DNA of 64,000 nucleotides from Albugo candida (Eukaryota): NCBI GenBank assembly GCA_040437565.1, contig JBDOQK010000080.1, positions 1 to 64,000 of the forward strand, read 5' to 3'. Shown piece by piece: positions 63,246 to 64,000 of this stretch (position 1 is its first letter; each line of letters starts with the position of its first letter). The notes under the pieces were generated by a model. It saw only the letters and a program-made list of their open reading frames with translations, ran no database searches and was not told where the DNA came from. The position numbers and the translations under genes were made by a program.

Positions 63246-64000
63246 ATGTCAAGTCGAAGTGAAAGTGTTCGGGTTTGTGTCCGCATTCGGCCACTGAGCA
63301 CTAAAGAAATTCAAGATGGGCACTCGTACATCGTTTCAGCACGTCAAACGTCCGGAGAAGTAACATTGCAGAATCCTGAGACGCATGATCGTGAGCCACC
63401 GAAAAATTTTACATTTGACGCTGCAATCGCACCCGAAGCGACGCAGGTACAAGTCTACGAGCTGGCTGCTGCAGACATTGTGGAGTCTGTTATGAAAGGC
63501 TTCAATGGGACCATTTTTGCGTACGGTCAGACCGGAGCTGGCAAATCCCACACGATGGAAGGATATGCGGACAAACCTGAAGAGAAAGGAATTATCCCAA
63601 ATTCATTTCATCACATTTTTGAGCAGATTTCCGCTGAAGGGAGCAAACAATTTATGGTGTATGCATCGTATCTAGAGATTTACAATGAAGAGATACGTGA
63701 TTTACTTGCGCAGGATCCAAAGAATCGTTTAGAGCTTAAAGAGAATTTAGACACTGGCGTTTATGTGAAAGATCTAACATCTCGTCAAGTGAGTGGGATT
63801 GCTGAGATTGACGCTGTGCTACAGCAAGGAAAGAAAAATCGCAGTGTCGGTGCGACACTCATGAACCAGACATCTTCCAGGTCTCATTCCATGTTTATCA
63901 TAACGGTGGAAGCGTGTTCCAAAGAGGCTGGTCGAGATGGTAAACAGCATATATGTGTCGGTAAGCTCAATTTGGTGGATCTGGCAGGAAGTGAAAGACA
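63246..64000 (+). CDS. Kinesin-2 (KIF3/FLA10-like) motor domain, runs off the window end
   Basis: Open frame from ATG 63246: MSSRSESVRVCVRIRP...FNGTIFAYGQTGAGKSHTM (P-loop), GIIPNSFHHIF, SYLEIYNEEIRDLL, VGATLMNQTSSRSH (switch I), GKLNLVDLAGSER (switch II). Missing from the ORF track because there is no stop in the window. Confidence 0.95.
   Translation, partial: MSSRSESVRVCVRIRPLSTKEIQDGHSYIVSARQTSGEVTLQNPETHDREPPKNFTFDAAIAPEATQVQVYELAAADIVESVMKGFNGTIFAYGQTGAGKSHTMEGYADKPEEKGIIPNSFHHIFEQISAEGSKQFMVYASYLEIYNEEIRDLLAQDPKNRLELKENLDTGVYVKDLTSRQVSGIAEIDAVLQQGKKNRSVGATLMNQTSSRSHSMFIITVEACSKEAGRDGKQHICVGKLNLVDLAGSER

Noticed and set aside
63336-63551. Minus-strand 71-aa ORF
   Set aside because: Antisense shadow of the kinesin gene.
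1-64000. CRISPR arrays, rRNA/tRNA genes, prokaryotic operons or defence systems; RxLR or LxLFLAK effector motifs
   Set aside because: None seen by eye; the sequence is eukaryotic and family A lacks RxLR-dEER and LFLAK after its leader.

Overview
Eukaryotic, oomycete-like DNA, most plausibly Albugo (white rust). This is inferred from the CxxC-module secreted proteins, an INR-FPR-like promoter, a copia PBS and an intronless kinesin-2. It is a draft scaffold with twelve 100-N gaps, seven of which have duplicated flanks (assembly artefacts). Most of the window is a gene-sparse tandem/segmental-duplication array built from a head-to-head gene pair. Family A is a secreted multi-CxxC (CCG/CHxC-like) protein: one open copy at 52600-54405, one disrupted copy at 37361-38939, one inverted 3' fragment at 22114-22375, and one copy probably hidden in the gap at 26445-26544. 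Family B is a much longer minus-strand CxxC-module gene (or run of genes), eroded in all about six copies. The array also holds two mitochondrial-carrier pseudogenes, a frameshifted conserved small gene, a LINE with a 15-bp TSD, a full-length degenerate copia element, a duplicated ancient copia relic and a copia-gag/gypsy-integrase chimera. It ends at an intact kinesin-2 gene. The most striking signal is in family A: a disordered linker right after the first CxxC module carries IRLFG(V/A)DL, matching the plant (R/K)LFGV TOPLESS-recruiting repression motif, followed by NLS-like and DLN-EAR-like sequences. This suggests a CCG-like effector clade that mimics plant transcriptional repressors. All homologies were judged by eye; boundaries of eroded relics are approximate.
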